A stretch of 64,000 bases of DNA from Candidatus Dormiibacterota bacterium (GCA_963709585.1 CAVPXI010000007.1:288001-352000), one strand, 5' to 3'. Positions 30,118-42,179 are shown, counted from the first letter of the stretch. The notes: generated by a model from the sequence alone, not told the origin. Program-made: numbers and translations.

Positions 30118-30889
30118 TCGAAGCGACTGGCTTCGCAAGTGCCTGCCAAGCCTTCCGAGAGTACCACTTGCCAGCTTGGGATAATCGTCTCGATAGTGAG
30201 TGCCGACGGGTCAGGCCCTATCGTCTCTCGACCGCGTTCGCGTTCTAAATCAAGGCTCCGATCCTCGCGATTCTGCATTCGAGAACATGGAACTCTCTTC
30301 CCTCGCTCATCACCATCGCCTAGCGCGGTGACTCGAAACGGCTCAGCTTCTACCCCGTTCTGGACTCTAATCGTGGCTCATTCCTCGAGCCGGTGATACT
30401 CGGAGCATGGATGCCCTCGGATCTCAGTGCTGTGGGCTACTGAACCTCTGGTACTTCGGCGGAATCCGACGCAGTGCTCGGCAGGAAGTGGTTCTTGACA
30501 ACTCCGGCCCCGACGTCCTCTGCCTCCCCGAGGTCGATCCCAAGATATCGAGCGCTTCACCGAGGCTTCAGGTTTCTCCTGGTCGCGATGCAGCTTCGGC
30601 GCCAATCTCTCGGGCAGGTCGTTGGCTGTCGCGATCCTTGGGAGCTCACGCCTGACTCCACGAGCTGCGGCCAGCCCTCCGCAGGACGCCCGCCACACTA
30701 CGGCGACGTTCGTGCTCGGCTAGGGCGTGCATCCGAAACTCGTCTAAGAAGTGCTTTGGACACGCCACCGTGGCGACTACCCTCGACGTATAGCCGCGCC
30801 ACGCCGGCCATGCACCGCGAGGCCGGCGAGCACCCGCGACACGATGCTCCGCAAGGTGCCTGGATGACCCTGGATCGCCGAGACGAGAG

Positions 30890-31219
30890 GTGATCCTCTA
30901 TCACGCGACGGCGTCGGATGAGACGCTCACCAGCATCCTCAAGGATGGTTTCGCGGACCACGCGAGCCGATACATGGCCGCCGAGATACACGAAGGGGTT
31001 TGGCTCTCGGACCGACGTCTTTCCGCTGGAGAAGGTGGTCTTTCCGGGCACGAGGCTTTGCTGCGCGTCGAGATTCCCGAGGACGTGATCCGGCAGTACG
31101 AGTGGGTGAACGATCCCTGGGTGGGGTACAGGGAGTGGCTCGTGCCCGCGACGATCGTCAACCGATACCCACGAGAGTATGTCGACGAGTCGTTCGACAA
31201 GTCACATGAGCAAATCTGA
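30890..31219 (+). CDS. Small ADP-ribosyltransferase-fold protein (putative)
   Basis: GAGAGG RBS; ILYHAT...SILKDGF, GVWLSD, LLRVEIP, YREWLVP, which follows the ART strand pattern. Confidence 0.65.
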   Translation: MILYHATASDETLTSILKDGFADHASRYMAAEIHEGVWLSDRRLSAGEGGLSGHEALLRVEIPEDVIRQYEWVNDPWVGYREWLVPATIVNRYPREYVDESFDKSHEQI

Positions 31220-31228
31220 CCCCTTAGG

Positions 31229-34200
31229 TCACGCCGCCCCTCGTCGGGTCGACGACGGGCACGCGCGCCAATAGGCGCACCCCCAACAGGGCGCCTCAGG
31301 CGGCGCCGCTCGCTCCGCACTCACCAAAGTCGTTAGCAGCTCTTCAACTCCGACCCAGCTATCGTCACCACCGCGATGCACCGCGCCGGTCCGCATCTCC
31401 ATAAGCATCGCCCCCGCGTCGAGACCCAACGCTTCCCGTGTCGCACGCTTGTAGATGGCGAGCTGACGTCCGTACACGGTCAGCGCCTCGGCGCCAAGCG
31501 AGCGGTTTGTTTTGTAGTCGACGACCCAGGCCCGACCTTCGGCGTCGTTGCACAAACGATCGATGAATCCGCGCACCAAAACGGGCCGACCGCCCACATC
31601 GACCGCGAGGTTGACCTCTTGCTCCGTTGCGATGGTCCGCATTCCCGCGACCTCAGTACCGAGGTAGCGCTCGAGCATTCGCTCTGCAGTCGCAGACCAC
31701 ACGGTTACGGCACGCTCGGCTCCGACACTCAGGGTCGCGAGCTCGTTCCAAAGTTCGCACAGGCGCGGGAGGCCGCCAATACCATCTTCGGGCCCGGGCT
31801 GGCGGAACCGTTCGAGGACAGCATGCACGAGGGTACCGAGATCAGCCGCACCGATTGAACTCGCGATCGCAGGCTCGCTCTTGGGCGAGAGGTCATCCGG
31901 AGGCGCCGGCAGGCGCCATTCGAACATATATCTGTAGCGCAATCCGCACTGCGCAAGGACTTCGAGTTGGGAGAAGGACACTACCAACCGTTCCGTCGGT
32001 TCGGCCCCTCGGTCGCGCGCCAGGGCGCCGGCACCTTGCGGTAGAGGAATCGCGGCCAACTCCCCCGCGTTCACGGTGGGCGCAACCGTTGCTGGACTCA
32101 CTGCACTCGCGGCTTCCGTATCCATCAGGGTTCCGCATCCACCATCGCGCATGAAGAGCGCAAGGGTACGGAAGTGGTCGTCGGCCGGATCCCGCCGCGC
32201 CCGGCCGTTCCCGTCCAACTCAGAGAAGACCGACTCCCAGTCCGGCTCTTTCTTTCGTGTCGCCGACACGAACAATTGCCGCTCCGCTCGAGTGATCGCG
32301 ACGTACACAAGTCGGCGCAACTCGGCTCGGTCCACATCCTTCGGGAGCTCGCCCGCTCTCGCGGCGAGAAAATGGCCGTGCTTCAGTGTCGGATTCCTCG
32401 TGTCACCGAGATCCTTGATGATCAGCCCCATCTCATCGTCGAAGAAGAGCCAACCCCTGTGCTGGATGGTCGGAGGCTTGACGTGCGCCAGGAACACGAC
32501 GGGAAACTCAAGCCCCTTTGCCGCATGTACGGTCATGAAGCGCACAGCATCAGATCCGGAGACATCCGCTTCGGGGACGTCGATCTCGTGTTCGTCGTGC
32601 AGGTTGACGTAGCGGATGAACTCATCTAGGCCAGTGAACGCCTGTGACGCCTCGAAGTCGCCGGCCATCCGATAGAGCTTGCGTAGGTTGCCGACCCTTC
32701 GCGGCGCCTCCGCCGCCTCGCTCCCGGCAAGCGCGGCATATCCTGTCTCATCCAGTACCGCCTGCACCAAATCGCCGACCGACACTCCGGCCCGTCGCGA
32801 TGCTAAGCCTCGAACTAGGTCCAGCGCGGTTGTCACGCGCTCGGCGGTGCCGGCGTCACCCAGCTCCGTGAACCCTCCTTTCTCCGCCCGGATGACCCGA
32901 TCCCACCTGTAACGCAGCTCCAGTTCGTCACCCTCTGCACTGCGAAGGAGACGGTGCAACTGCCCGTCGCTCACCCGAGCCAACGGACCCTGAAGGACGC
33001 GAACCAGCGCCATGTCGTTGAGCGGGTTGTCGACCAAGGCCAGATAGGCCATCACGTCCTTGATCTCCTCGCGATCGAAGAACCCCTGACCGCCCGAGGT
33101 GACGTAGGGAACCCCGTGCTTGCGCAGCTCCTGCTCAAACGCGATGGGGGGTCGCGCCATGCGAGTGAGGAGTGCGATCTCTTGCCAGCGTGTGCCCTCA
33201 CCGTGCACGCGCAGAATCTGTCCCGCCACGAACCGCGCCTCGTCCTCGGGAGTGTCGGCGCGGTAGAGGGATACAGACCGCACATCGCCGCCGCCAGCAT
33301 CGGCCACCAGGTCGGGCTCATTCGCAAACTGACCGTCCTTCCGGATCAGATTTGTCGCCACATCCAGGATCGGTTGTGCCGATCGGTAGTTCGTCAGCAA
33401 GAGCCGCTCATCGCCGGGGAAGTCGAGAAGGTTGCGGATCTGTGCGTCGCGCCACCCATAGATGCTCTGCTTGGGATCGCCGACGACGGAGACATTTGCA
33501 AATCCGTCCTGCGCGAGCAGCTCGAGGACGTCGCGCTGGATCCGGCTTGTGTCCTGGAACTCGTCCACGATGATGTACTGGAACCGCTCGCGGACACGGT
33601 GCCGCCACGCAGCGTTGTCTCGCAGCGCATCACGGAGACGCAGCAGGATACCGTCGAAGTCGAGCATCCTCCACGCGGCGAGCCGCCGCTCGTATTCGTG
33701 GTAGGTCGCGCAGATGAGGCGCGCCACTTCCTCCTCCGCGAGCCGTTCGTTCCCCTCATCCGGTAGGACATCGACGCCGGCCGTGTCGTGCCAGTACACC
33801 TCAGCGCAGGTTGTGCACTGAGTGGCAAGGGTATCGGGTGCGATCCCCCGCCCTTTCATGCGCTGGATGAAGCCGAACGCCTCCGACGACACCTTCATCG
33901 CTACTTCGGTGCTGAGGACACGCAGGTCGAGGATCCCGGCCTCGGGAATCTCCCCGTTGCGCAGCGATGTGAGCACCTGGTCCACGAGGAGACGCTCTTC
34001 CAGCGGGTCGATGACCCTCGTATCCCGGTCGAAACCAATCTCGTAGCAGTCATCGCGCAGCAGGCGCACGCAGAGTCCGTGAAAGGTACCAACCCAAGCT
34101 GCGTCCATCGACGCACGATCCGCAACGAGGCCACCTGCAACCAGCCGATCGGTCACTCGACCGCGCAGGTCCGCCGCTGCCCGGTTGGTGAAAGTCACAG

Positions 34201-34360
34201 CAACGATGCGGCTGGGATCGAGGCCCCGCTCCGAGACCAGATACGCGAAGCGCTCCACCATCGTGAGCGTCTTGCCCGTGCCGGCTCCCGCGACAATCTT
34301 CTCCGCCTGAGTCGGGTCTGCTGTTGCCGCGGCCCGCTGCAGGTCGTTGATTTCAGTCAT
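31229..34360 (-). CDS. UvrD/REP helicase + RecB-like PD-(D/E)XK nuclease (AdnB/AddA-like)
   Basis: AGAGTGKT, VDEFQD, VGDPKQSIYGWR, NYRS, TVHAAKGLEF, YVAITRA; C-terminal RGFIDRL, VVDYKT, QLAIY, CxxCxxxxxC. Confidence 0.92.
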   Translation of the reverse strand: MTEINDLQRAAATADPTQAEKIVAGAGTGKTLTMVERFAYLVSERGLDPSRIVAVTFTNRAAADLRGRVTDRLVAGGLVADRASMDAAWVGTFHGLCVRLLRDDCYEIGFDRDTRVIDPLEERLLVDQVLTSLRNGEIPEAGILDLRVLSTEVAMKVSSEAFGFIQRMKGRGIAPDTLATQCTTCAEVYWHDTAGVDVLPDEGNERLAEEEVARLICATYHEYERRLAAWRMLDFDGILLRLRDALRDNAAWRHRVRERFQYIIVDEFQDTSRIQRDVLELLAQDGFANVSVVGDPKQSIYGWRDAQIRNLLDFPGDERLLLTNYRSAQPILDVATNLIRKDGQFANEPDLVADAGGGDVRSVSLYRADTPEDEARFVAGQILRVHGEGTRWQEIALLTRMARPPIAFEQELRKHGVPYVTSGGQGFFDREEIKDVMAYLALVDNPLNDMALVRVLQGPLARVSDGQLHRLLRSAEGDELELRYRWDRVIRAEKGGFTELGDAGTAERVTTALDLVRGLASRRAGVSVGDLVQAVLDETGYAALAGSEAAEAPRRVGNLRKLYRMAGDFEASQAFTGLDEFIRYVNLHDEHEIDVPEADVSGSDAVRFMTVHAAKGLEFPVVFLAHVKPPTIQHRGWLFFDDEMGLIIKDLGDTRNPTLKHGHFLAARAGELPKDVDRAELRRLVYVAITRAERQLFVSATRKKEPDWESVFSELDGNGRARRDPADDHFRTLALFMRDGGCGTLMDTEAASAVSPATVAPTVNAGELAAIPLPQGAGALARDRGAEPTERLVVSFSQLEVLAQCGLRYRYMFEWRLPAPPDDLSPKSEPAIASSIGAADLGTLVHAVLERFRQPGPEDGIGGLPRLCELWNELATLSVGAERAVTVWSATAERMLERYLGTEVAGMRTIATEQEVNLAVDVGGRPVLVRGFIDRLCNDAEGRAWVVDYKTNRSLGAEALTVYGRQLAIYKRATREALGLDAGAMLMEMRTGAVHRGGDDSWVGVEELLTTLVSAERAAPPEAPCWGCAYWRACPSSTRRGAA

Positions 34361-37300
34361 TCGGCCTCGTACGCCTCAGGTTCCTCGATGCGTCCAGGAC
34401 ATACCCAGGCGTAGTCGCACCCTTTGCCCCAAGCTGCGAGGCACGTATACCCGTCGTGGCGAGGGCGCGGCGCGAAATCTCCCGCGTGGATCTCTTCCAG
34501 CGTCGTGAGGATCCTCCCGCGGGCTTCTTCAAGCTGATCGTCGTTCAAATGGAGCGGCCCATTCTTGGGCGTCTCACCGTCGTCGGCAATGATCCGCGTC
34601 TTGCGGATCTGACCCCCCTTCATCAGGTTCGACGGATACCAGAGTCCGACGACATGGGGATCGACGGCGGGCACACCATCCACTTGACCGTCGCGGGAGC
34701 CGAAGAAGTAGATCAGCAACTGGAAGTCATGGGGGACGTCGCTCGTGATGCCGAGGTCGTCGCCCAGTTCACCGGTAGTCTTGCCGTTCTTGCCCGTCTT
34801 GTAGTCGATGATCTCGTGGCCACCTTCGTCAAGGACGATGATCCGGTCGATGTAGCCGCGGATCGTGACGTCTCGCAGCGGATGCCAGGTGATTCGTGCC
34901 TCGGTGGCCGCCGTGAGCGGCAACTCCTGCCCGTCAATTTCTGACCTGTAATAGTTGGCGAAGAGGCGGCGGAGCGAGCCCTTTTCGACACGGCGATCGA
35001 GCTCTCCGTCGACGGTGCGGAGGTGTGCCTCGATCGCCGCGTCACAGCACTCGGCATAGAACGTTTCGGCAAGCGCGGCGTCGTGGCGCCACCGCCGTTC
35101 GTTCTCCGGAGCGTGGAATCGCTCGGGCGCCGCGTGAAATGCGCTGCCTCGAGCCGCCGCGACCCCGGACTCGGTGCGCAGTCCGAGTGTCTTGCTGTAG
35201 TAGTACTGGCGAGGACAGGCGAGGAACTTGCTGACGCTCGATGAGCTGTCGTACAACTCACTGGTGAAGACGACCGGCTCTGACCACGCTTCCCAGCCGC
35301 TGAAGGCCGCTACATCGCGCTCGTCCTGCGCGTTGCGGCCGCTGCCAAGTGCCGGGTCGCGCTGTAGCTCTGTGTACTCGCCAAGTGGAGCGTCGCCCGC
35401 TAGTGGCTCTAGGAATGCGCTTGGCGCTCCGATCTCTTCCTTCTCATAAGTATCCGCCCACGACAGAAAGAGCATGTCTTGGGCTCGCGTGGACGCAACG
35501 TATCCGAGGCGCGCCTCTTCGCGCAGGAACTCCTCGTCGGTGGCGGGCCACGGAGGTGCGAAATCCACGAGCGTCTTCTCTAGCCACTGCTGCTCGTGCT
35601 TCTCCAGGAGTGGGGTCCGGGCGCGAGCCACGACGGGAAAGTGCTGCGATGCCATCGTCGGCATGAACACGACAGGAAACTCGAGTCCTTTACTGGCGTG
35701 AGCGGTGAGGATGCGAACGACACCCTGCTCGGGCTGGTCGGCAGCCGTAAGCTCGTCGATGTACTCGGGAAGGAGTTGCTCGAGGGCGGTGACGGTCTCG
35801 GCGAGTGAGGGTGGATGCTCGCTGAGCAGCGTCTGAAACTCGACGTAGTCGCCCACTGCTCGCAGCAACATCCGAAGCGGTACAAGGAGCTCGTCGCGCC
35901 GTGAGTCGGACGTAGCCGGTGACATCAGCAGGCGCACCACGCCGAGTTCGTCGAGGACCCTCTGCAGCAGTACATTGATGGCGACCTGACCGGCGCTCGA
36001 CCGCAATCGTGCCCATCGCCAAGTAAACCCATGGATGGCGTCGCGTCCATCGTCGCTCAGGAGATCGAAGAACCCTGCGGTTCGGCGCTTGGTTTCGTTC
36101 GGCTCGCGGGAACTCCACTCGAGGGCGTCGGCCGCGGCTCTCTCCCGCTCGAGGTCAGTGCGGTCCTCTGGAGAGAGCGGCGGTTCCGTGTTGCTCCACG
36201 GCAGCGGCCAGCGACTGGGATCTGCATCGCGGAGGAGGAAGCAGGTGTGCTTCAAGACTGTCAAGAGTGACGTGGTGCGCAGCGCTTCCGTCGCCGCACG
36301 CTGGCGGCGCTGCGCCTCCGCGAGCAGCCGGTGAGCGTCGGCAGCCGGAACACCAGCAAAGGGCGACTCCACCACGCGCATCAGGAAAGTGTCGTCATCG
36401 GGATGAGCGAGCGCGCCTAGGGCGTGCACCGCGAATCGAATAACGTCGGACGACGCGAAGTTGGGAGACGCGCCCACCTCGTGCGGGATACCAGCAGCAC
36501 GGAGCGCTTCTTCGAACTGACGGCCATGGCGGCGAACGCTGCGCAGGACGATGGCAATGTCACCGGCAGCGTAGCGCGGGCCGGGGGCGTGGCCGCTGGC
36601 AATGAGCTCCGCGATCTGGCGGACTACCGCCGTGGCCTCGTCGGTCGCATTCTGCTCGTGCTCGCGATGCAGCACCGGAACATCGGCATTGCCGCGGTTT
36701 GGGGTGAGCCCTGCGGCGCTAAGTCCATAGCGGTCGAGGAGACGATCCGAAGCCCGGAGAATGGAACCGTACGATCGGTAGTTCTGGCGCAGCTCCACAC
36801 GCGTGCCACCGAACTGCCACTTCTCATCAAGGAAGGCAGGCAGCGTCCCCCGGAACGAGTAGATGGCCTGGTTCGGATCACCCACCCACAGCAAGTCTGG
36901 GGTGCGGGTGATGGTGCTCCACCAACTGCGCGATGAGTTTGACCTGAGCGGCGTCCACGTCCTGATACTCGTCGACGATGACGTGCTGGAACTTCATCGA
37001 CAGCTCCTCTCGCAGTGCGTCGTCCCGCTCCAGATGGAGCTGACACTGGGCGATGACATCGCGAAAGTCCCAGAGGTGGCGGCTGTCCTGTTCGGCCCAG
37101 TACGCCCTGTAGATTGCGGCCAGATCCCGCATCTTCGCGTTGTTGGTAACGCGGGAGTACCCACCGAAGTCATCCGACCGAACAAGATTCTGCTTGAGAA
37201 CGCCGATGAACCAAAGGGCGTCCTGAACAAGTGCTTCGCTCGTCTGCAGCGGGCCAAGGATCTCAAGACCGCTCATCTGCGTAAGCACCCGGCGCATCAG

Positions 37301-37666
37301 CACCTTCTCCTCGAAACTGTTCATAAGGCGGAAGGGGACGATCCCGTGGAGGTAGCCGTGGGTGGTGAGGATACGGGTGGCGAAGGAGTGGAATGTGCTG
37401 ACCCACGACTCGTCATATGAGGTGTTGTGTAGGCCATCGATACGGCGCTTAAGATCGCTGGCCGCGTTATTGGCGAACGTCAATAGGAGGACTTGGCTCG
37501 GGCGCAGTCCGACCTCGTCGAGCAGGCGCAGATACATGGCTACAACCGTGGTCGTCTTCCCAGTTCCAGGCCCAGCGACTAGGCGGAGCGGCCCCTCGCC
37601 CATAAGGTTGAGGGCGGTCCGCTGCTCCGCGTTGAGATGTAGCCGGTCGGCTACAGGAACCGTCAT
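34357..37666 (-). CDS. UvrD/REP helicase + RecB-like nuclease (AdnA-like); +1 frameshift in the C run at 36885-36887
   Basis: AGPGTGKT, VDEYQD, (AV)VGDPNQAIYSFRG, NYRS, TAHASKGLEF, YVASTRA, CPRQY, RGYIDRI, IIDYKTG, QLLIY. Stop overlaps the next start (ATGA). Confidence 0.88.
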
Positions 37667-38436
37667 GTCCAGATTGTGGACGCCGGGCAGTGACGACGCC
37701 GTATCGAACCCATGAAGCCTCTGGGCACGGCCTTCAAGCCAGCACTTTCGACCGCGGCCGGGGATGGCCCACGCGGCATCGATCGACGCCACGCTGCCGC
37801 TTCATCTTCAGATCTGGGAACGTGTTGACATCCGTAAGCTAGGAGTCCGGCCAGACCCGCGTGTGTGCCGTCCCCTGAGCTTTACGTAGGTGCAGCGAGA
37901 GTGATCGATCGCTGCTATCAGCAACGCACGCATCTAGCGCGCGCGGCGGGCGGCGGCGACGGGTGTCCAGGGCGGTCTTGCTTCGTAAGGTCGATGCGCG
38001 CGCCTTGACATCACGGAACTAATTGCTACTGCCAAATCATCCAACGTCTTATAAGTCCCACATTTCAGCGCTGTCAAATTCACAAGCACCGGCTGATTCC
38101 ACAGGTCACGCTTTGGCCATCGACTGATCACGAGGTGATGAGCGAGTAGATCCTGCGCCAGATGGCGTGGCTCCTTCGACCGCAAGAGTTCTCGGCCGGT
38201 GGATCTGAAGGAAAGGGCATGAACGCTCCCGATGCGGTCGCAACGAGTCGACCAAACGGTGTCTTAGTCACCAAGAAGATGGTCTCTCTTCGAGATCGCC
38301 CGGCGCCTGGAGGCGGGCGACGTGCCTACACCCACCGGCCGAGCGAGATGGTTCCCGAGCTCCGTTGGCAAATTGCCAAGGCAGGCACACGATGATCACC
38401 CAAAACGAAGTTGACACGCGCGCTCCGCGCACGCGC

Positions 38437-41194
38437 TCACTCGATGCTCACCGCCTCGGCGAGCCCGAGTTCCTGCAGGATCTGACGCACCTCCGACACC
38501 AAACTCTCGCTGGCAGCAGCGTTGACCGTAACGGAGAATTCCACCCCAACTTTGAGATCAGAGCCGGATCGCAGCTTAGGAAGGATTTTCGTGCCGAGGC
38601 GGTTCCACATCTCCGGGGGAATCGTGCCAACGAGCCGGAAGCTCTTGGTCTGCTCGCCAGGGACCGGCTCAAATCCTGGTAGGGGGCCGGGGTCGCCGGC
38701 AGGTTCAGGACTTGGCTCGGCAGTGGGAGCAGACTCCGGCACGAAAACGCCACCCGCTTTTATTGCTTCTGCCGCCTCCCGTCGAAGTAGAAACACATCG
38801 GCGTCGAAGGCGACCTCGTCGGCCGGGAGGATCTCGTTGAACCACACGCGCTCGTAGCTACCGTCTGGCGTCTTGCCGGAGGCAAAGCCAAAGTCGCCAT
38901 GCTCGACGAAGTCGGTTATCTTGCCCCGAAGAGTTGTGTCGGGGTCGACCAGTCGTGTCAGTGAGCCGTTGAGAAAGCTCTGACGCAAGCTAGCAACAGG
39001 CCACGCCCCGGACGTCTTCAGCGCGGGTGGCCAGTTGCGCTCGATGTACCCTGCGCCGACCGATTCGTTGAGAAGCGCTCCCGACCGTAGCGCATCGATC
39101 ACCCGGCCGCAGAGCGTTCCTCCACTCGATGAATGGCCGGCACCCAAATCAATCACTTTGAGGCCATCAGGCTCTTGGCTATCCGCGACGACAGCGAATC
39201 GATAATCACCCCAGACCTCGTCCTTCGCGACCCCTTCCGCGTCCTTCACCTTCGTCTGCAGTTCGGCACGGTCGCTCTTCTCGAACTCGCCGCCTAGCGT
39301 ACCCTCGGTAACCTCGCGCGCCACCCGCCTCCACGCCAGCATCAGTTCAATCTTGTCGCGCAGTTCGCGGCCGGGCTTCTTGAGGCACCAGACAAGCGCA
39401 CCGGGGTAAAGGCGCGGAGATTTACCGCGCTGACGGGTCCACTCTGACAACTGTTCGCGTAGTGTCTCGCCGCCTGGCCACTCCATCTCAGGATCGGCCA
39501 CGACGAGCGTAAGCCTGGGAGTGTCCGGAATCTCCGTGGCTTCACTCGGGAATGGGATAACCGGGATGCTCGCCCCGCGCCGGAATTCCTCCTCGACGAG
39601 CTTCCGAACGCTTGGCTTCACCTCCGTCGCATCGTCGAGCGAGGCGCGCCGGTCGCTAACGACCTTCTTCATTGTTGGCTGATAGCCGATTCGAAATCCA
39701 TCCGAACCCGCCTTCCGAATGAAGTACGAGCGGTCCTCGAGCGCGAACGCGGCGTTGTCGATGGTCGTCGTGTCCAGCTCCGGCTCGCCGAGTGCGAACC
39801 GCAGCTCCGGGAGGTGCGCCACCTTGTCCGTCTGCCCGCCCGACGAACTCGAAAAGGATTGCGGTGCCAACGCGACGATGGATATCCCGCAAGGGGCCAC
39901 TGGTGTCGGCGTCGAGTGCTCTACTGTGCGCCTGCTCGCCGGCGATGTCCGTGTCGATCGCCGCGACAAGCCTGGACTCGCCGAGCTGTCCCAGCACCAC
40001 GCTGCGGAACCCGGGCTCCGCGAGCGGTGCCGAGCCGAGGGTGATGAGCGGCTCGTTGCGCGCCTTGGTGAATGCATCCTGGGCAGCGATCGAAATCCAC
40101 TGGGCGAGCATCGCCAGCGTGCCCCGCGTCTGCTGATATTGAGGAAGCGCCTGCCACTTGCGCTGGAAGACCGATAGTGTCGCCGGATGAAATGGGTAGC
40201 AAGCTTCGAACCGCCCCTGCAGGAACTCGCGCGCCTTCGCCTCTGTCGCTGCCGAGTCAACCGCGGTCCATTCAGGCGGTAGCTGCGCGCGACGCTCGAA
40301 ACACCAGTCTCCGAATGCCCTGGCGACGTTCCTCCGGATCTTCTCGCTTCCGATGTCCTGGAAGAGCCGACGCCGCACGACCTCGCTGATCTCTGTTTCA
40401 TCGTTCACGATCAGATCCTTGGCCACCCGACGGACCACCTTCGAGATTCGCTCCTGCCATTCCTGATCCCAGTCGGTCAACTCGACCTGGCTTCGCGGCA
40501 GGCTGATCACGCACGCGCCGTGTGAAGTACCGGTCGTGGCCACGGTCAGGTTTTGGATGAAAGAGAGGAACGACTCGGCACTACCGCGGTGGCGGTTCAG
40601 GTAATTGAGGACCTCGTCAAAGAGCAGCAGGACTGGAGCTCCGGCAGCCTGAAACACCTGCGCTATCGCATCGGTGCCAGGGGCGGTGGTCTTCGCTGCC
40701 GCGCCGAGCGCCTCGACGCCCTTGTCGCCTGCTAGCTGGCGGGCAACGTCGATCCAGGGCGTTTCGCGCCCGTCTTGCGGGTCCCAGGCATTGCCCACGA
40801 ACACCGCGACCTTCGCCCGAGGAATGGACGCGACGCCAGATTCACTTACTAGATCCGCGACCCCGTCGTAGCGGCGGGCTGCGTCTCCGTTCGTCGCAAG
40901 GTGGTATAGCGTGGTCAGCGTGTGAGTTTTGCCGCCGCCGAATTGGGTGATCAGAGTCAACACTGGCGAGGTGTTCTCGGTCTTGCCCGATAGACGGCGT
41001 AGCACCATGCCGGAGTGCTCACGTAGCGCCCGCGTGAAGCACGTGCGAGCGAAGAACTGCGCAGGATCGCGGTAGTCCTGCGGCGCTGTTCCGGCGACGA
41101 CCTGCTCGAGGGCAATGGCGAACTCATCCGGGTTGAAGGATCGACCTTCGCGAACCTCCCTGCGAGGGGTCGCTACCTTGTACCACGGTTCCAT
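38437..41194 (-). CDS. DUF499-family AAA+ ATPase; +1 frameshift at 39846-39847
   Basis: MEPWYKVATPRREV..G.SF.PDEFA, Y.DP.QFF, TQFGGGKTH, LLFDE, YPFHP, QQTRGTL. Corrected junction TAILFESSGGQ. Confidence 0.9.
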
Positions 41195-41203
41195 TCCAAC
41201 CTC

Positions 41204-42179
41204 CTAAGGCCTCTTCATACGAGCGAACAAGCTCGATAGCCGGTTCCTTCAGACGCACAAGGTTTGCATACGCGAGCGGCTCGAAACCGCGATCCGCCGC
41301 ATACATCCGGTAACGAACGCCGTCGGTGACAATGACGTCGCGGACAACGCCGAGCATCGCTACATACCCTTTGGCTTGTTCGAGCGCCCCTTCCACCCCG
41401 GCCCCCAGACGCTTTGCTTCGATCACAAGGTGGCAATTCTCCGGGGAACGTGGCAATGCGCTGAATACTGCCACGTCGATGTGTCTCCATTGCACCGCGA
41501 TGTTCTCCGGCGGCCAGCCGAAAGCGCGTAGAGCCGGCACGACGAAATGGGCGATCAGTTCGTCTTCGCTCGGTTGATCACCGAACCGTTGGCGGTCTTG
41601 GAGAAGGGGAACGAGGTCTGCTGCTTGAGCGACGATCCCTTGCAACATACTCGGGACCTCGTCGAGGAGCGCCTGTTCGACGGGGACGTCGGGAAGAGCT
41701 CCCATCTGCCACTGCGTCGGCGGAGACTTGACAAACCGCTGGGCGAAGTCAACGGCTTCGCTGTTCCATACCCGCGCGCATCGCGTCGGATTGGCTCCGA
41801 AGACAGGTCCAGAAAATATGTAATCCGTGGGCAGGTGATACCACCGTACGCGCCGAGCATGCTGAAGATCCCATCCGTTCACATCGTCGAAGGCATTGTG
41901 GTACTTATACTCGCTCGCCACAATGCCGACCGCCCCTATGGTCGCCTGGCCGGTTCGGAGCAGGAATATGTTCCCCGCTTGGACCTCACTCGCGAAGCGC
42001 CGCACGAATCCACCTTCGAACTCTTCGTCGTCGCGGTCCGGCGACCACGGACCAGCATCTCCTGGGCCAACGAGAGCGACCCCGTACCGGAGGAAGACAT
42101 CGGCATACGAGCGCGAAATCGGACCGCCCGATATCTGCCACACGCTTTGCGATGGATCGCTTGCCTGAGTTGCGGTCAT
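41204..42179 (-). CDS. PD-(D/E)XK nuclease (HsdR_N-like) with a putative PUA/EVE-like N-terminal domain
   Basis: SEDELIAHFVVP.L..FGW, IDVAVF, LVIEAK, ALEQAKGY, IVTDG. Removing one base at 41229-41230 gives LFARMKRP* just before the RBS of the next gene. Confidence 0.75.

Noticed and set aside
36885-36887. AdnA-like, HAF-repeat (about 5148) and TY-Chap-like (about 28080) frameshifts as programmed events
   Set aside because: They lie in short G/C runs with no stimulatory signals; ordinary indel errors or decay are simpler explanations.
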